Positions 1 through 12,622 of a DNA stretch of 64,000 nt are shown here, piece after piece. The notes under the pieces are model-generated. The model was given only the letters and a program-made list of their open reading frames with translations. It was not told where the DNA came from and did not search any database. Position 1 is the stretch's first letter; each line of letters opens with the position of its first letter. The DNA comes from Zootoca vivipara (Eukaryota), in contig NC_083277.1 of the NCBI RefSeq assembly GCF_963506605.1, forward strand, positions 112,592,001-112,656,000. Reading direction: 5' to 3'. The translations under genes were made by a program, and so were the position numbers.

Positions 1-120
1 GCTTCTGTGCATGCACGAGCGCCGAAACCAGGAAGTAACCCGTTCCGGTACTTTTGGGTTTGACGTGTATGTAACCCGAAAATGCGCAACCTGCAGCAAT
101 CGCAACCTGAGGTATGACTG
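1..120. mobile_element. Tc1/mariner (Tigger-like) MITE, right part
   Basis: Ends in GAGGTATGACTG followed by TA (121-122). This is the reverse complement of the CAGTCATACCTC terminus of the element at 3389. Confidence 0.7.
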
Positions 121-2269
121 TATTCAAAATGAACTGTATAAATGCTAAGTTATTAGAACACAAAGTGTAACTACTGTATGTAACTACCAGTACCGTCACT
201 AAAATTAGAGCACTTCCAATCAAGTTGGTTGAGCCAGTGTGTGTACTGCAAGAGCCCATATCATTTTTATATAAATAACTCACATAAGTCAAGTATGCAC
301 ATTAAACAGTTTATCAGTAAAACAGAAGAGAACTTTTTTCCACTCAATATTGAAACAATATTTATTTATTTATTTGACAGAGAATAGGGAGAACAGATAG
401 GCTGTCTTAAGTTAGCAATTAAGTGCTGCCTGGCCCTCAAAATATTGAGATAAACAAGCCAATCAAGATCCCATTTCAAAGCACTGTGAATATGAAAGAA
501 ACCAAGCAAATACTGTAAAATGTTAGCTGTGAACAGTTATCAACAAAACCAGCCAGGCAAAATAATCTACCAGTATTCCCTCTACTCCTGAAATGTAGTT
601 GAAGACTGCTGCATTAACATTTACATCCAACTCACAGGGATTGCAAGGGTAGGATCAATATTCATGTTCCTTCCATTGACACCATGTTGTTCACTCAATT
701 TGAGTGTGGGGCAATTCATTCTTTTTCCTTCCACACACTGTATTCCTGTCCTGATACATTCTATATCAAAGTCATTCTGACAAACCCACTAGCCTCTACA
801 TGAAATTCCTCAAATCACCCCTTACTATATGCAGAAATCAAGGGCCTGACATCAGAGACCAGTACCATTGGGCAGTGCTGAGTCCAAAGGAACTTGAGAG
901 ACCTCCCAAGCTTAACTACCTGTAACTGTGGACATTAACATCACACCGTTATCTGTGCTCCAAGTAGCCAAGGTTGTGGCATTTTAAAATGAGCAGTCAC
1001 CCTCCACTCACTCAGCTGAATCCTCCCTGTAAGCAACAGCAGGAACTGAGGCTACCACCACCTCGCAGCTGTAGTAGGCAAACAACTGGAGGTAGCTGCT
1101 CCATGCCTGTGCAAACAATGGTGGCAAGAAACAAATGTCATCTCCATTCACTATTATCCTTTGGGTGCGCGGCCTGGAGGATTGGGTCACCCAACTTCCA
1201 TGGTGTCCAGAGGCAGAGAGATGGCAGCAAGCATGCCTTGCAGCCACCTTTAATATCTGGTTGCCGACTGAAGCAAGCAAGCACAATGTCTCTGCACGCA
1301 TACACCATCCCCAGCTGTTGGATGTGGTGGGTCCAACAACCATACTGCTCAGAGACAGCCTCCTTGCAGCCACTTTTAACTGCTCTGCTGCCCACTCGAG
1401 AAGCAGCAGAGGTAGAGACCAAGAACAGCAGCAGACCCACCCACTTTCTCTCTCTCAGGGGGGAAGCTTGGAGAACCAACTAACAGAGACCCCCAACTTG
1501 TCATCATCTCAGTAGCCAGCACTGCTGCGTGGAGGGCACCTTCTGTGCTACGCAAAGTAGGTAAGCACATGGCACCCCCCCCCATCTGTACTCATTCGCC
1601 TGCCCTCTAACTCTGGGCGGCACTGAGAATTGGATCAATCACCACCCACCGGAGGGAGTGGACAAGCCAGTGGAAGCAGCTGCTCCATCACAGGAGTGAC
1701 TGACAGTGGCAAGGAGCTGTTGCTAGTCACTCACCTGCTCACTCTGGGTGGTGCAAGGGACGGCATCCTATCTACCATACCACCCAGAAAGAAAGAGCAG
1801 AAGTGGGGCACTGACTGCTTTTTGCTGACAATAGGTGGTCCTCGGAGGCAACTGCAAAAGTAGCCCCCGCTTGCTCACCCTTGTACCCCTGGGCAGTACA
1901 AATGGGAGGCTTGCCACTGCAATGGTGAGGAGCAGAAGAGAGGCTGCAAGGATGAGCAGCAAGGTCCACACGGGACGGGTTGCCAAGCGCTCTCCAAATC
2001 GGAAACCAATCTTGAGAAAGCCACACCACCTTTACCAAGTCGCTGGGAGCATATACTGTACTTATCTAACAGCTTCCACGAGTTACTCAGATTTTTTCTT
2101 GTTGGGGCATTGCTTCGCTTATGTGTCTCACCACCCACTTCTGCAAAGGCCACAATCCCCTAGTTCTCCCTTCCTATTGCCCTTATCCCCTGGAATTCCC
2201 CACCCAGCAGCCTCCTCCCTTTGCATTTTTTTTAAAAACCTCACTTTCTTGCAGGCACCAAAAACTATA

Positions 2270-3200
2270 CTCAGGACCCGAGGCCCAAGTTCTCCACACC
2301 CGACCCAGCCCGCCCGTCACCGGGGCTTCTGGGCACCCCCGCACCCCTCCCCCTCCCGGCCACCGCCCGGGCCCCCTTCTTAGAGCTTCCTCGCAGCCCC
2401 TTAAGTCCCTCCCACCCCCAGGAGACGGGGAGGGGTCTCGGTCCAACCTCCCGCCCGCACTGGCTGCGCCTCCCGCCACTCGCCTCCGAGAGCGGCGCCG
2501 ATTGGCGCAGCCGAGCTGCCAATCACGACAAGGCGGAACCCACCTCTCTCAAGCCTTGGAAAGAGTTGGGTTTTTCTTGAGGGGAGGAGAAGGGGGAGGT
2601 GCGGGGTGAGAGGAGCGGAGGCAACAGCCAAACTCACCTCGGGACCGGAGAAGGGAGGGAGGGAGTGGAATTAAGAGGACCGGGCGTTTTTGTCCCCTCC
2701 CTCCGCTTTAAGGTCCCGTGTCCCTCCGACTCGCGCCGCCACTAACGGGGCTCTTCCCCACACAGTCCCGAGCTGCGGCCCCCAAGTCTTGCTGTGGTGA
2801 AGTGTTGGGCCCCCCCGCCTCCTCGTTTTCTGCGCGCTCGAGATTCTCGCGAGACTTGGCGGAGAGGCGGGGGGCGAGGAGCCGGGGAGCCAATGGGGAG
2901 AAGGGGTGGGGTTATTGAAAGGAGCGGGGCGGGGCCGAGACTTCGAAGAGCCGACGGAGCGGACGGTGTCCGGGTGTTCTGAGGCGGGAGAAGGGAAAGG
3001 AGGCGCCCGAGGGCGACGGTTCCCCTCGGAGCGGGTCGGGAAGAAGCGGCACAGATCCCGACGGAGTTTGAGGCGGGCAGTGGTCCACCTCCTAGCCCAG
3101 TAGTGCGTCGCTGATGTCGTGTATAGCCTAGGTTAGGTCTTGGTGTGATTCGGGCAGGTTTCCAGAGCGCCGACCCAAGACATTTTCGCACCTGAGGCGA
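2270..3200 (-). promoter_or_regulatory. CpG-island promoter of a minus-strand gene (probably ATF7)
   Basis: High GC and CpG density; perfect TCTCGCGAGA palindrome at 2845-2854; CCAAT box near 2890; GC boxes near 2925-2935; downstream splice donor. Gene identity rests only on ATF7-ATP5MC2 synteny. Confidence 0.8.
2638..2840 (-). other. Putative non-coding first exon (5' UTR) of the gene leaving the window to the left, probably ATF7
   Basis: Consensus donor GAG|GTGAGT on the minus strand (GT at 2637-2636) inside the CpG island. No credible coding frame. The 5' boundary is approximate. Confidence 0.6.
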
Positions 3201-3377
3201 ACCGCAAATTGGCGCCCCCCTCCCTCCCCACTGGGGAAGAAGGGATGTGTGAAGGGTCTACACCAGGAACAAGGGCAGGGAGAGGATAAAGATCTGCCTC
3301 GGGATCTTCTGCTGCCCCTGTGGATCCTGCCGCCTCAGGCGGTTGCCTCCCTTTGCCTCATGGGTGGGCCGGTCCTG
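3165..3377 (+). mobile_element. hAT-type MITE (relatives at 44800-45113 and about 46665-47757)
   Basis: Imperfect TIRs (GAGCGCCGACCC ... GGGCCGGTCCTG); flanks GGTTTCCA (3157-3164) and AGTTTCCA (3378-3385); internal sequence shared with the two other copies. Confidence 0.65.
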
Positions 3378-3388
3378 AGTTTCCAGTA

Positions 3389-3599
3389 CAGTCATACCTC
3401 GGGTTACAGCTGCTTCAGGTTGCGTCTTTTCGGGTTGCGCCCCATGCCGAACCCAGAAGTACCGGAACGGGTTACTTCCGGGTTTTGGCGTGTGCGTATG
3501 CGCAGAACTGCTGAATCGTGACCAGACGTGGGTTGTGAACGCTGCGGGTTGCGAATATGCCTCCCACATGGATCACGTTTGCAACCCGAGTGTCCACTG
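3389..3599. mobile_element. Tc1/mariner (Tigger-like) MITE
   Basis: Imperfect TIRs CAGTCATACCTCGGGTT ... AACCCGAGTGTCCACTG, flanked by TA on both sides. Confidence 0.75.
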
Positions 3600-4289
3600 T
3601 ATATGAATGTGCCCCTTGCTCAAGCCATGTGCACCTGGAGTCTGTGACACAGCACAGCTCAAAAGAGCCTTGTGCTGCTCCACTGTGCGGGTGACACCCT
3701 GGAGACCTCACTTTGGTACCATCAGGGAAATTGCTCTGGCGCAGAAGTCCAGGGCCTCCACCCAGCAGAATCATGAGTGGAAGGGCACCCCCAAACAAAT
3801 GCAGTAGGGCTTCTGGTATACCACATATTGAAGGAAGTGGGGTGGTGCTTATTGCCATCTAAAGGGATGGGTGAAGGGGGCCCTGATAACACGGTTGCTT
3901 CCAGAGGCTACTTTATTTTAAAACAGAGGGAGAAAGCTGGATGGGATAAAAATATATCATAAAGGTGAAGCCTCTGGCTATCATAGTCGGACCTTTGTTT
4001 ATCTCCTTCATCAGGGTCAACATCAGGAGGCAAGCAGGGCTCTCCTTGACCCCTGACATAGCCAAATTAGCGTAGCAGTTGCCATCTGCTTCTGCCTGAT
4101 TGGCAGCAATAGTCTTTGGTTAGAAGACTATTCGTCAGCTCTGACTTCCTTCCCATCCCAGTAGTTTGGAGACGTTTCTGCTGCCTCGTCTGCTTCCTAA
4201 CCTCAGTCCCCACCCAGCTCATTGTAACCCAGCTGGCTGATCGAGGCAAGCATGGACCCATGGCATAACCTGTGTGGATTCTTCCACAA

Positions 4290-4604
4290 CAGGGGTCCCC
4301 AAACTAAGGCCCGGGGGCCGGATGTGACCCAATCGCCTTCTAAATCCAGCCCGCGGACAGTCTGGGAATCAGCGTGTTTTTACATGAGTAGAATGTCCTT
4401 TTATTTAAAATGCATCTCTGGGTTATTTGTGGGGCCTGCCTGGTGTTTTTACATGAGTAGAATGTGTCCTTTTATTTATAATGCATCTCTGGGTTATTTG
4501 TGGGGCATAGGAATTCGTTCATATATTTTTTCAAAAGTGAGGCCCCCCACAAGGTCTGAGGGACAGTGGACCGGCCCCCTGCTGAAAAAGTTTGCTGACC
4601 CCTG
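4290..4604 (+). mobile_element. Non-autonomous hAT element (CAGGGGT termini)
   Basis: TIRs CAGGGGTC ... GACCCCTG; perfect 8-bp TSD TTCCACAA (4282-4289, 4605-4612). Same family at about 16533-16778, 23710-23960 and 26570-26790. Confidence 0.9.
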
Positions 4605-4669
4605 TTCCACAAGCACAGTATTTTCATTTGTCCCAAACCTCTGAGAATATTATCCTGCTCCCTCTAAGA

Positions 4670-4784
4670 CAGGCATAGGCAACCTTTGGCTCCCAGATGT
4701 TTTGGAACTACGACTCCCATGATCCCTAGCTAACAGGGCCAGTGGTCAGGGATCATGGGAGTTGTAGTTCCAAAACATCTGGGA
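4670..4784. mobile_element. Truncated palindromic hAT MITE
   Basis: CAGGCATAGGCAA start and the internal inverted repeat CCAGATGTTTTGGAACTAC ... GTAGTTCCAAAACATCTGG. Confidence 0.7.
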
Positions 4785-6613
4785 CTCTTAAACTGGATGT
4801 TAAGCAAAGGAGGTGTGGTGTGGTGTGGTGTGGGAATGGCTTGTTTTTAAGACATAATGACTGCATTGATCAAAAATTCATTTTTGTTCTTTAGCTTTCA
4901 GAGAGCAACGACCATAGGGGTTGTCTTGAAAAGCGCCTGTATGTCAAAATTTACAACAATAAGTAAAAGGTTCTAGATTCCTCAGAGTGTATTATAGCAC
5001 TGCACCAAGTTTAAATGAGATTTGATTTTCATTGGGAGAGTTGCCATTTTAGAGGCACAAAAGAATGCCTGCTTTTCACTGTTTTGCACATTTTTTCATG
5101 CCAGTTTGCAGACATTGTCCCTCTCCCACATATGAACCAGGCTAAGAGTGAGCCTGGAAATCAACAGAGCTAAGTGGTTCAGGAAGAGAAGGTACAGACA
5201 GGTAGCTTGTGCCTTATTTCAGATACATGAGATATTAGAAGATTGGCTTAAATGACAAGTAATGGTAATTTAACCATAGATTACCAAAACAATGCCTTAT
5301 TCATTTTAACAGTCAGGTGGAATTTTGCTTAATGTTTACATAATAGGAACTGGACTCTTATTTGTAAGATTGGCTGGCTGGTAGTGTTTTAAATGCTTTA
5401 TACTGATATTTATTTTTTCATGTTAACAACTGAGTTACTGGAGAGTCATGGCTTGTTTTGTGCTCGATTGAAATGACGAGCATGATTCATACTGGCTTAC
5501 TTCTTGTTAATTATTGTGCAATTTGCTATGCCCTCTGGCTTAAGCAATAAACTTGTCCTGCTACTGCTTCATAGGTCATGGGGATACAGAACCCAAGTAA
5601 CAGGCATCATTTATACCTACTCAGAGTAATGTTGATACATATTTATTGTTACACCTTCCAGCAGATTCGCTGTTGGGGGTAAAAGAGAAATAACACATCT
5701 ACCTGTAAGTGTGTTATCTTCTCTAGCAAATACCCGTAGCTTACCTACATTTTTTGTATTATTTTACTATCCAGTTTCCTCTGTCATCCTTTTGTTTAAG
5801 CTAGACTGGTTTACCCATGAATGTCTCACTTGATGATTGCAAGTTGAAGCAATTATTGGATGGTCCAAACAAAAACCTTCTCCACAGTTTCAGTGTATGG
5901 TTTCAAGTACCTGTCATCCAGTATAGAGAAGTAAAAGGAAGTATGTGCATGTATGAAACAGAAAATTCACACTTTCTTTTGAGGTTTGTACATAGCAGAG
6001 ATAATCACTGGGACTTAATAAATGCAAGTAATATAATAAAAATGGGAGGGGAAAAAATAAAATGTAGTGCTTTCTCTCTTCTACTCTCTTACCCCTTCTG
6101 CCCCAGCTTCCAACTGAGTTGATGCTTCTCCAATTTTAAGATCCAACTTGTGGCCAATGTTTGTTCTAGAATGCTCAACAGTGGAATAAGTTGGGGGGGG
6201 CGGGGGTAGGAACTGTCAGCGCCGCAGTGAGTGTTTCAAATGTAAATCCACTGCTGTGGCTGGCTGCTAGTGCAATTTAGCCTGCCTGCATCACTGCTGA
6301 CTTTCACACTACCATATTCAAAATTCTTGCTCAACCAAACGAATTCTCCTTCTGGTGGTTGTGATAGAGGAGATGGAAATCTCTAAAATGTGAGCCAAGG
6401 AAGAGGAACTTCAGAATGGAGAAGTGGCAAAGGAAGAGTTAACTGAGGTAAAGAGATAAGAATGCAGGAAAAAAGGGGATCTTAGCAAGACAAGAGTTTC
6501 TATAAAAAGTAGAAATGTAAGTCTCTTCTTACTGTTTGCTCACCAAAAACCTTCCTAGTGAGTAATTCTCATCCCTTTCAGTTGAGGTTAGTTTCTAATA
6601 AGAGTGCTTAGGA

Positions 6614-6749
6614 CAGGCATCCTCAAACTTCGGCCCTCCAGATGTTTTTGACTACAATTCCCATCTTCCCTGACCACTGGTCCTGTTAGCTAGGGATCAT
6701 GGGAGTTGTAGGCCAAAACATCTGGAGGGCTGCAGTTTGAGGATGCCTG
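6614..6749. mobile_element. 136-bp palindromic hAT MITE
   Basis: Long TIRs CAGGCATCCTCAAACT ... AGTTTGAGGATGCCTG; TSD GCTTAGGA (6606-6613, 6750-6757). Many older degenerate relatives occur near 8330, 10600, 12630, 20755, 26065, 31890, 34195, 35965, 38010, 39805, 40850 and 59585. Confidence 0.9.
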
Positions 6750-9173
6750 GCTTAGGATCACAGTCTTCAGAGTTACACATTCTGTATTCTGATTCCAATT
6801 AAACACTCTTGGTGATGTTTGCAAACATCAAAAAATGGCAAACAGCTGCATAAAGGAAGAAAGTATCAGCAGACTCGGGGTAACTTTGAAGTTTGCCGAA
6901 GTACAAAAAAGATTTAGGCATAAATCCTTTAATCTTGGAGAAACCTCAAGATTGTAATGTCGCTGGGATTAGAGAACCTTGTGTTTGTCCCAGCCCACTG
7001 AGGACTTTTACCTTTAAAAGGTGGGATTTAATATATGACAAAAAGGATTCAAATAATGTACCCCGCAAACTAGCTGAGCTGATAGGGAGCGCAGCTTCTC
7101 TGAGGAAAGATTAGTTTTGATAGAAAGTAGCTATTACTGAGCTTGGGGAGAGTAGGAGCTGGGTGTAAAAGACACAGGAAGGCATGCTGCTGGATACATG
7201 GATGTTAGGGAAGTTGAAAGGGAGGCCAGAGAAAAAATGGCAAGGACTAGAAAAATTGATGGGTCAAGAGAGAAGGGCTCAGTTATGGTGTAATTTATGT
7301 AATTGATGAGGTTCACTTGCCCTCTTCGGGGAAGGGGGTGTTATTCTTACTCTCCTGTTAAATTCATATTGAAATTCAGTAAAATGAACTTTCCAAAAAG
7401 GAGAGAGTAAAGAGAAAGTGTGCTAGAGGTGTCCAGGAAACAATGGAACAATGAGAAGGGAGGGCATGGGGAAATTTTTCACGCAGGACAGGAGTGGGTG
7501 GGTGCTGTAGATAGCTGACAAGCCGAGGCACACTTGGTCAGGGACTTGTGGGTGTTAAGGGGGGGGGGGAAATGAAAATACAAGTTGAAATCATTGTGAT
7601 TGTAGCTGATTTATTAATTCAGTTTGACTCATGTTGTAACTGTCACCTTGGTCATCTAAGCTCTCTATTCGCTTTTCTGCAACCAAGCTATGGCCCATCT
7701 CAAGAGGCTGGCAAGAAACTTTTCTACTCAAATTAGCATCCATCCCTCTATCCTTGCCAGATACTGCCACCCTCAAACCTTATGAGCCTAAAGCTCTCTT
7801 CAAGTGTCGAAAAGACTTAGTGGCAACAAAGGGAGAAAGGCATGAGAGGTTCCAGTTAACCAGGCAGTCGATCTAAGAGAGCATTAACAGCCTTGTTAAC
7901 AATAATGTGTCATTGGAAGTACTATACTTGAGATTAAGCAAATGATATGTAAGTGAGCAAGATACCATTTGATGCAATTTCCATTAATTAAATTTATGAC
8001 CCTTACTGCAATTTAAACCATGGTAACTCTCCCTGCATGCTGGCAAATGAGCTGTCAAATACTTCTGAGTCTAGCCAGCTTGAGAGAAATTGATTAAAAA
8101 ATGAGGGGAGGGGCAGAATGGGCCTGAAAATGGGTCTGGTCCTCTTGCTTAAAAATGGAACAGATCCACTTTTGCTTGCCAGGATTAGAAGTCATCCTTG
8201 TAGAACAAGAGTCCTCAAAGAACAAAACACAACTCCCCGCAAAAGCACAGATGGCAGCTAGAGGTGGCAAAAGCTTCTTCCTTCACATCCTTTCACATCT
8301 CCAACCTCTAACTATCTCTTGCAACAGCACCGGGGAGCCTGCAGCCGTCCAAATATTGGTGGACTGTAGCTCCCATAATCCCTGGCCATTGGCCATGCTG
8401 GCTAGGGCTGATGGGAACTGGAGTCTTAACAACATGTGGAGGGTCACAGCTTCCCCAACCTGGCTCAGAATGACTCTTGTAATGTGTACCCATCTCACAG
8501 TACTAAACACTGCATTCTACAGCTGCAATAGCCACCGATGCAAGGGAAGAAGGGCATTGACTGGGGGAAAAACCCAGCGGGAACTAAAGTACTGTTTTCA
8601 TTAGAGTAAATCCCTCTTTTCTGGAAATGCTTGTTCCTTTAACTGGCTGTGTGGCAACCTTTTGCAGGTCAGAGGTGCACCTGTTGAAATTGCCTGTCAC
8701 ACAGCTATTAATGGCACAGGATCTCTGCCAGGGAAAAAACACACAGGCAAGAACTATAGCTTGTCATCAATGTAGGCAATCATAGGGCTAATAGGACACG
8801 GCTGAACAATGCAGCATGGAATTTTGTTTTTGTGTGATGGGCCGCTGTTAAAGGCAGAGGAGACTGCATAGTTATCTGTCTATTGTGGTATCTGCCTTAA
8901 AGCCGTTCAGAAGCTTTCACTTGATTTTGATTAGCTATGGTTTAGTGTGCCATCCCAACCACAAATTGTGATTCTTATATAATGTATGGTTTGTTTAAAG
9001 AAGCAAACATTACAATGCATGGTTTGAAGGCGACTTGTTTCAAACTAACTATACGTAAGATTATCCTTTGTTAATGTGGTTGTGCTGGCTGGGGCTGATG
9101 GAACTTTTGGCTCAGAACAGCTGGAGCACTTCAGACTGGTGAAGACTGTTTTAAGATTATCTACAGTTTTGGT

Positions 9174-9532
9174 GGGATGCGGGTGCCACTGTGGTCTAAA
9201 CCACAGAGCCTAGGGCTTGCCAATCAGAAGGTCGGTGGTTTGAATCCCCGCGATGGGGTGAGCTCCTGTTGTTCCGTCCCAGCTCCTGCCCACCTAGCAG
9301 TTCGAAAGCACGTCGAAGTGCAATTAGATAAATAGGTACCACTCCGGTGGGAAGGCAAACATCGTTTCCGTGCACTGCTCTGGTTCGTCAAAAGTGGCTT
9401 AGTCATGCTGGCCACATGACCCGGAAGCTGTCTGTGGATAAACGCCGGCTCCCTCGGCTTATAGAGAGAGATGAGCACTGCAACCCCAAAGTCATTCGCG
9501 ACTGGACCTAACGGTCAGGGATCCTTTACCTT
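9174..9532 (+). mobile_element. Sauria SINE, full length
   Basis: tRNA-like head, diagnostic body and ACCTTT tail; 11-bp TSD TACAGTTTTGG (9162-9172, 9533-9543). Confidence 0.9.
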
Positions 9533-11404
9533 TACAGTTTTGGCGTTCATACTACACAAGAAGCAGGTGTTAATCTAAACTGGAAGCACAAGCTTCTGAA
9601 CTCCTGTGTGTGGCTGCCACGGGGGGGGGGGTATGCAAGCCTGAGGTGTGCTGCAGCCTACTCTCTTTTCGCTAAACTATGGTTAGTATATCTGAATCAG
9701 GCCAGAATTTCCATATTCCTTTTGAAAAGCTATTTTAAAACAGAGGTGAGGAACACCTTTCTGTCCTTGGATGCATGCCAAAAGTGGGCAGGGCCTAACC
9801 CAAAAAGGTGTTAAAAGTGAGTGACAAGCCCCCCCTCCAGTTCTTAACTAAAAGCAACTTTAAAATTGGCAACCCATGTTGTAGGCAATAACTTCTTAAA
9901 ACTCCCTTTAAACTGTATAGTGCTGATGGCAACATTTAGATATATACCATGGCATGAGAACAAGGAATCTCATAGAAGAAACCTATTCCAATCTTCAGTG
10001 CCACCCCTTATGAAGTTCTTAATCTGGCACAGCAGGAATATTACGATCTAGCTGAAGATCTAAGCAAGGGCTTAACTTGAGGCATTTGATTTTTTTCTGT
10101 GCTGGTTGGAGAGAGACCACCATGGATCTGTGCCCAAATTCTCTTTACTGGCCTGTGCTTGAAAGTGGGCCAGCTTGCAGCTTTTTGCCAAGCAAAGAGG
10201 GAACCTTTCTTTGTTTCCAGCTCTCCTTCCTAAAAAAGACACAAGTCTATGGAAAACTCAGTTCCAGGAGCTTGTAAGGTGCATTCCTGTCTTCAAAGTT
10301 ATTGGATACCTTCTTACTTGTACTGGCCCTGAAAATGAAGATCTAGGGAGACTGCATTGCAAACATACCCTCCCACCACCAAAACTCTTCTCTAGAGCTT
10401 TAGCACAGCTCCACGAGTCTGGGCAGCAGAACTGCTTACATTACATTCAGTTTATTTACACAGTCTTCAACACCACGGCACTTTCTTTACTGAAGTGGGT
10501 GGGGGAATCCAAGTGAGTTAAATGTAACATAGCTACTTCAATGCCAGGCTTATGAAACCGAGTATAGCACACCCATGACTATTGTTTACAAAGTCTAGCA
10601 GTGCTGGGGACCTGTGGCCTCCCAGACGTTGTTAGATCCCACCTCCCATCAGCTGTAGCCAGGATGGCCGATGGTCAGGGATGGCAGAAGCGGGGTGTCT
10701 AACATCTGGAGGGCCACCGATTCCCCACTACTGTGCTACATTCTCAGAAGTAATTGCTTTGCAATGATAGGTTAGGAGCAGGGGGCAGAAATCAACGTGA
10801 GAGTCCTGCTGCTGGCTCCTGCTACTGTTAACGGGGCTTCCACCCCCTTCCTAGTGCCCCCCCAATTGGCCCAAGTGTGTGTGTCAGGAAAATTGCCAGA
10901 ATGGGGTGGGGGGATTGTTTCATCTGGCAAACTGCAGGAATGAATTTCTTAGCATCTAGCCTCCGGTTCTGTTTCTCCTCCTTTGAATTCAGGATATTGA
11001 TTTATGGTAGAAGTATTACCCTTTAAGTGATTTGTTGGCATGAACTATGCCTCCTCTGCAGGCCAAGACAGTCTCTCTTAGACGTGATGTTTGCATGATT
11101 CAAATATACAGACTTGTTAGCATTCCCTTGATCATTTAATACCGCTCACTTAGCTACTTTTTATCACTGGGCTAGCCTGGCATCATCAGCAGGTTTCCAA
11201 AACACAGGCACAACTGTAATGAACACCCAAGCTCAGCTGGTTCCCTAGCAACCCCAACAGCAGATTGCCAGGACCAGCTGTGGGTCTTTCAACAAGCAGC
11301 AGCTCTGACTGATACAGGTCAGGCTCCTTAGAACTTCTAAAATAGTTTCCAGCCATTTGCTCATCCAGCGCAGGCATATTTGGGTCCTGCGTGTCAGATG
11401 GATG

Positions 11405-11760
11405 ATTTTAGAATGCAGCCCTTGCTAATCATAGAACTGGAAAATGTGCAGAAAAGGGCAACTAAAAATGATCAATGGGTTGGGGAAAGAGGGCATTTAG
11501 GGCTTTTTAGTACAGGAAAGAATAGCTTTTTGCAGGGAGGGTGGAAGCGAGAAGAGTTTTCTATATTATGAACGGTTTGAGCAGGGGAAGTTCTTGCTTT
11601 CTTATAAATTTTTAAAACTTGGGCATATGTAAGTCGATTGGCAGCAGATTCACAGCCAATGGAAGGAAGCACTTTTTACATAATGTGTATTAAGAAACTC
11701 ACTACCGAAAAGGTGGCGGTGGACACCAGTTTATATTGCCTTAAAAAAGGAATTAGCTCT
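11405..11760 (+). mobile_element. Degenerate CR1 LINE 3' fragment
   Basis: Encodes ELENVQKRATK, the CR1 ORF2 C-terminal motif. Confidence 0.65.
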
Positions 11761-12247
11761 GTAATTGTATTAGATGTGAATTTGTAAAAGAGAATATTGT
11801 GTTGGTTTTATGTAGTTGGGTTTTATGCTGGGTTGTTGTTTTCTTAGGTCGCAGATTTTATTCGACTTGTTTTAGGAGTGACCAACAGATTGAGAGCTGA
11901 ATAGAAGCTTCATGTTGGGGGAAAAACAGCAGCTGACCATACCCTCCCTGTGAGCTTCCAAGAAGCATCTGGGCTGGCCTCTGTAGGAGCCGCTGAACCT
12001 TGGCCTAAGCCACCAACACAATTCAAATGTTCACTTTCTTGAAAACAGTTCTACTGAGCTGATACTGTATAGAAGGGCCACACTGCAGACTCCCAGAGAC
12101 ACAATGGGAGATAAGCACCATTTATGAAGATGAGAATGCAAGCAGACACGTCGGTGGACACTGCTGCATGCACAAAGGTTCACCACATTGTAATACTGTG
12201 GAGTGGAAGCCTGTCTGTGCCTTCCTTAGGATCTACATTGGCTCCCA

Positions 12248-12622
12248 GTATGTTTCCAAGCACAACTGAAATGTTAGTGTTGACCTTTAAAGCCCTAAAC
12301 TACCTTGGCCCTGTATACCTGAAGGAGCATCTGACCCCCATCATTCAGCCTGGACACCGAGGCCCAGCTCCTTCTGGCAGTTCCCCCACTATGACAAGTG
12401 AAGTTACAGGGAACCAGGCAGAGGGCCTTCTCGGTAGTGGCGCCCGCCCTGTGGAATGCCCTCCCATCAGATGTCAAACGATAAATAAATAAGACTTTTA
12501 GAAGACATCTGAAGGCAGCCCTTTTAATGGTTGATGCTTAACATTTTGTTAGGAGCCGCCCAAGAGTGGCTGGGGCAACTCAGTCAGATGGGTGTCATAT
12601 AAATACTAAATTATTATTATTC
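12248..12622 (+). mobile_element. L2-type LINE 3' fragment
   Basis: VLTFKALN..GPVYLKE and R.RAF....P.LWNALP-type motifs with a (TTA)n tail; paralogous to 58722-59565. Confidence 0.75.

Noticed and set aside
974-2609. Several 110-180 aa overlapping ORFs
   Set aside because: They overlap on both strands, mostly start at non-ATG codons and show no domain or splice structure. This is expected in GC-rich intronic DNA.
6870-7330. Possible decayed L1/Tx1 ORF2 3' end
   Set aside because: Purine-rich with only a vague motif resemblance; too weak to call without a search.
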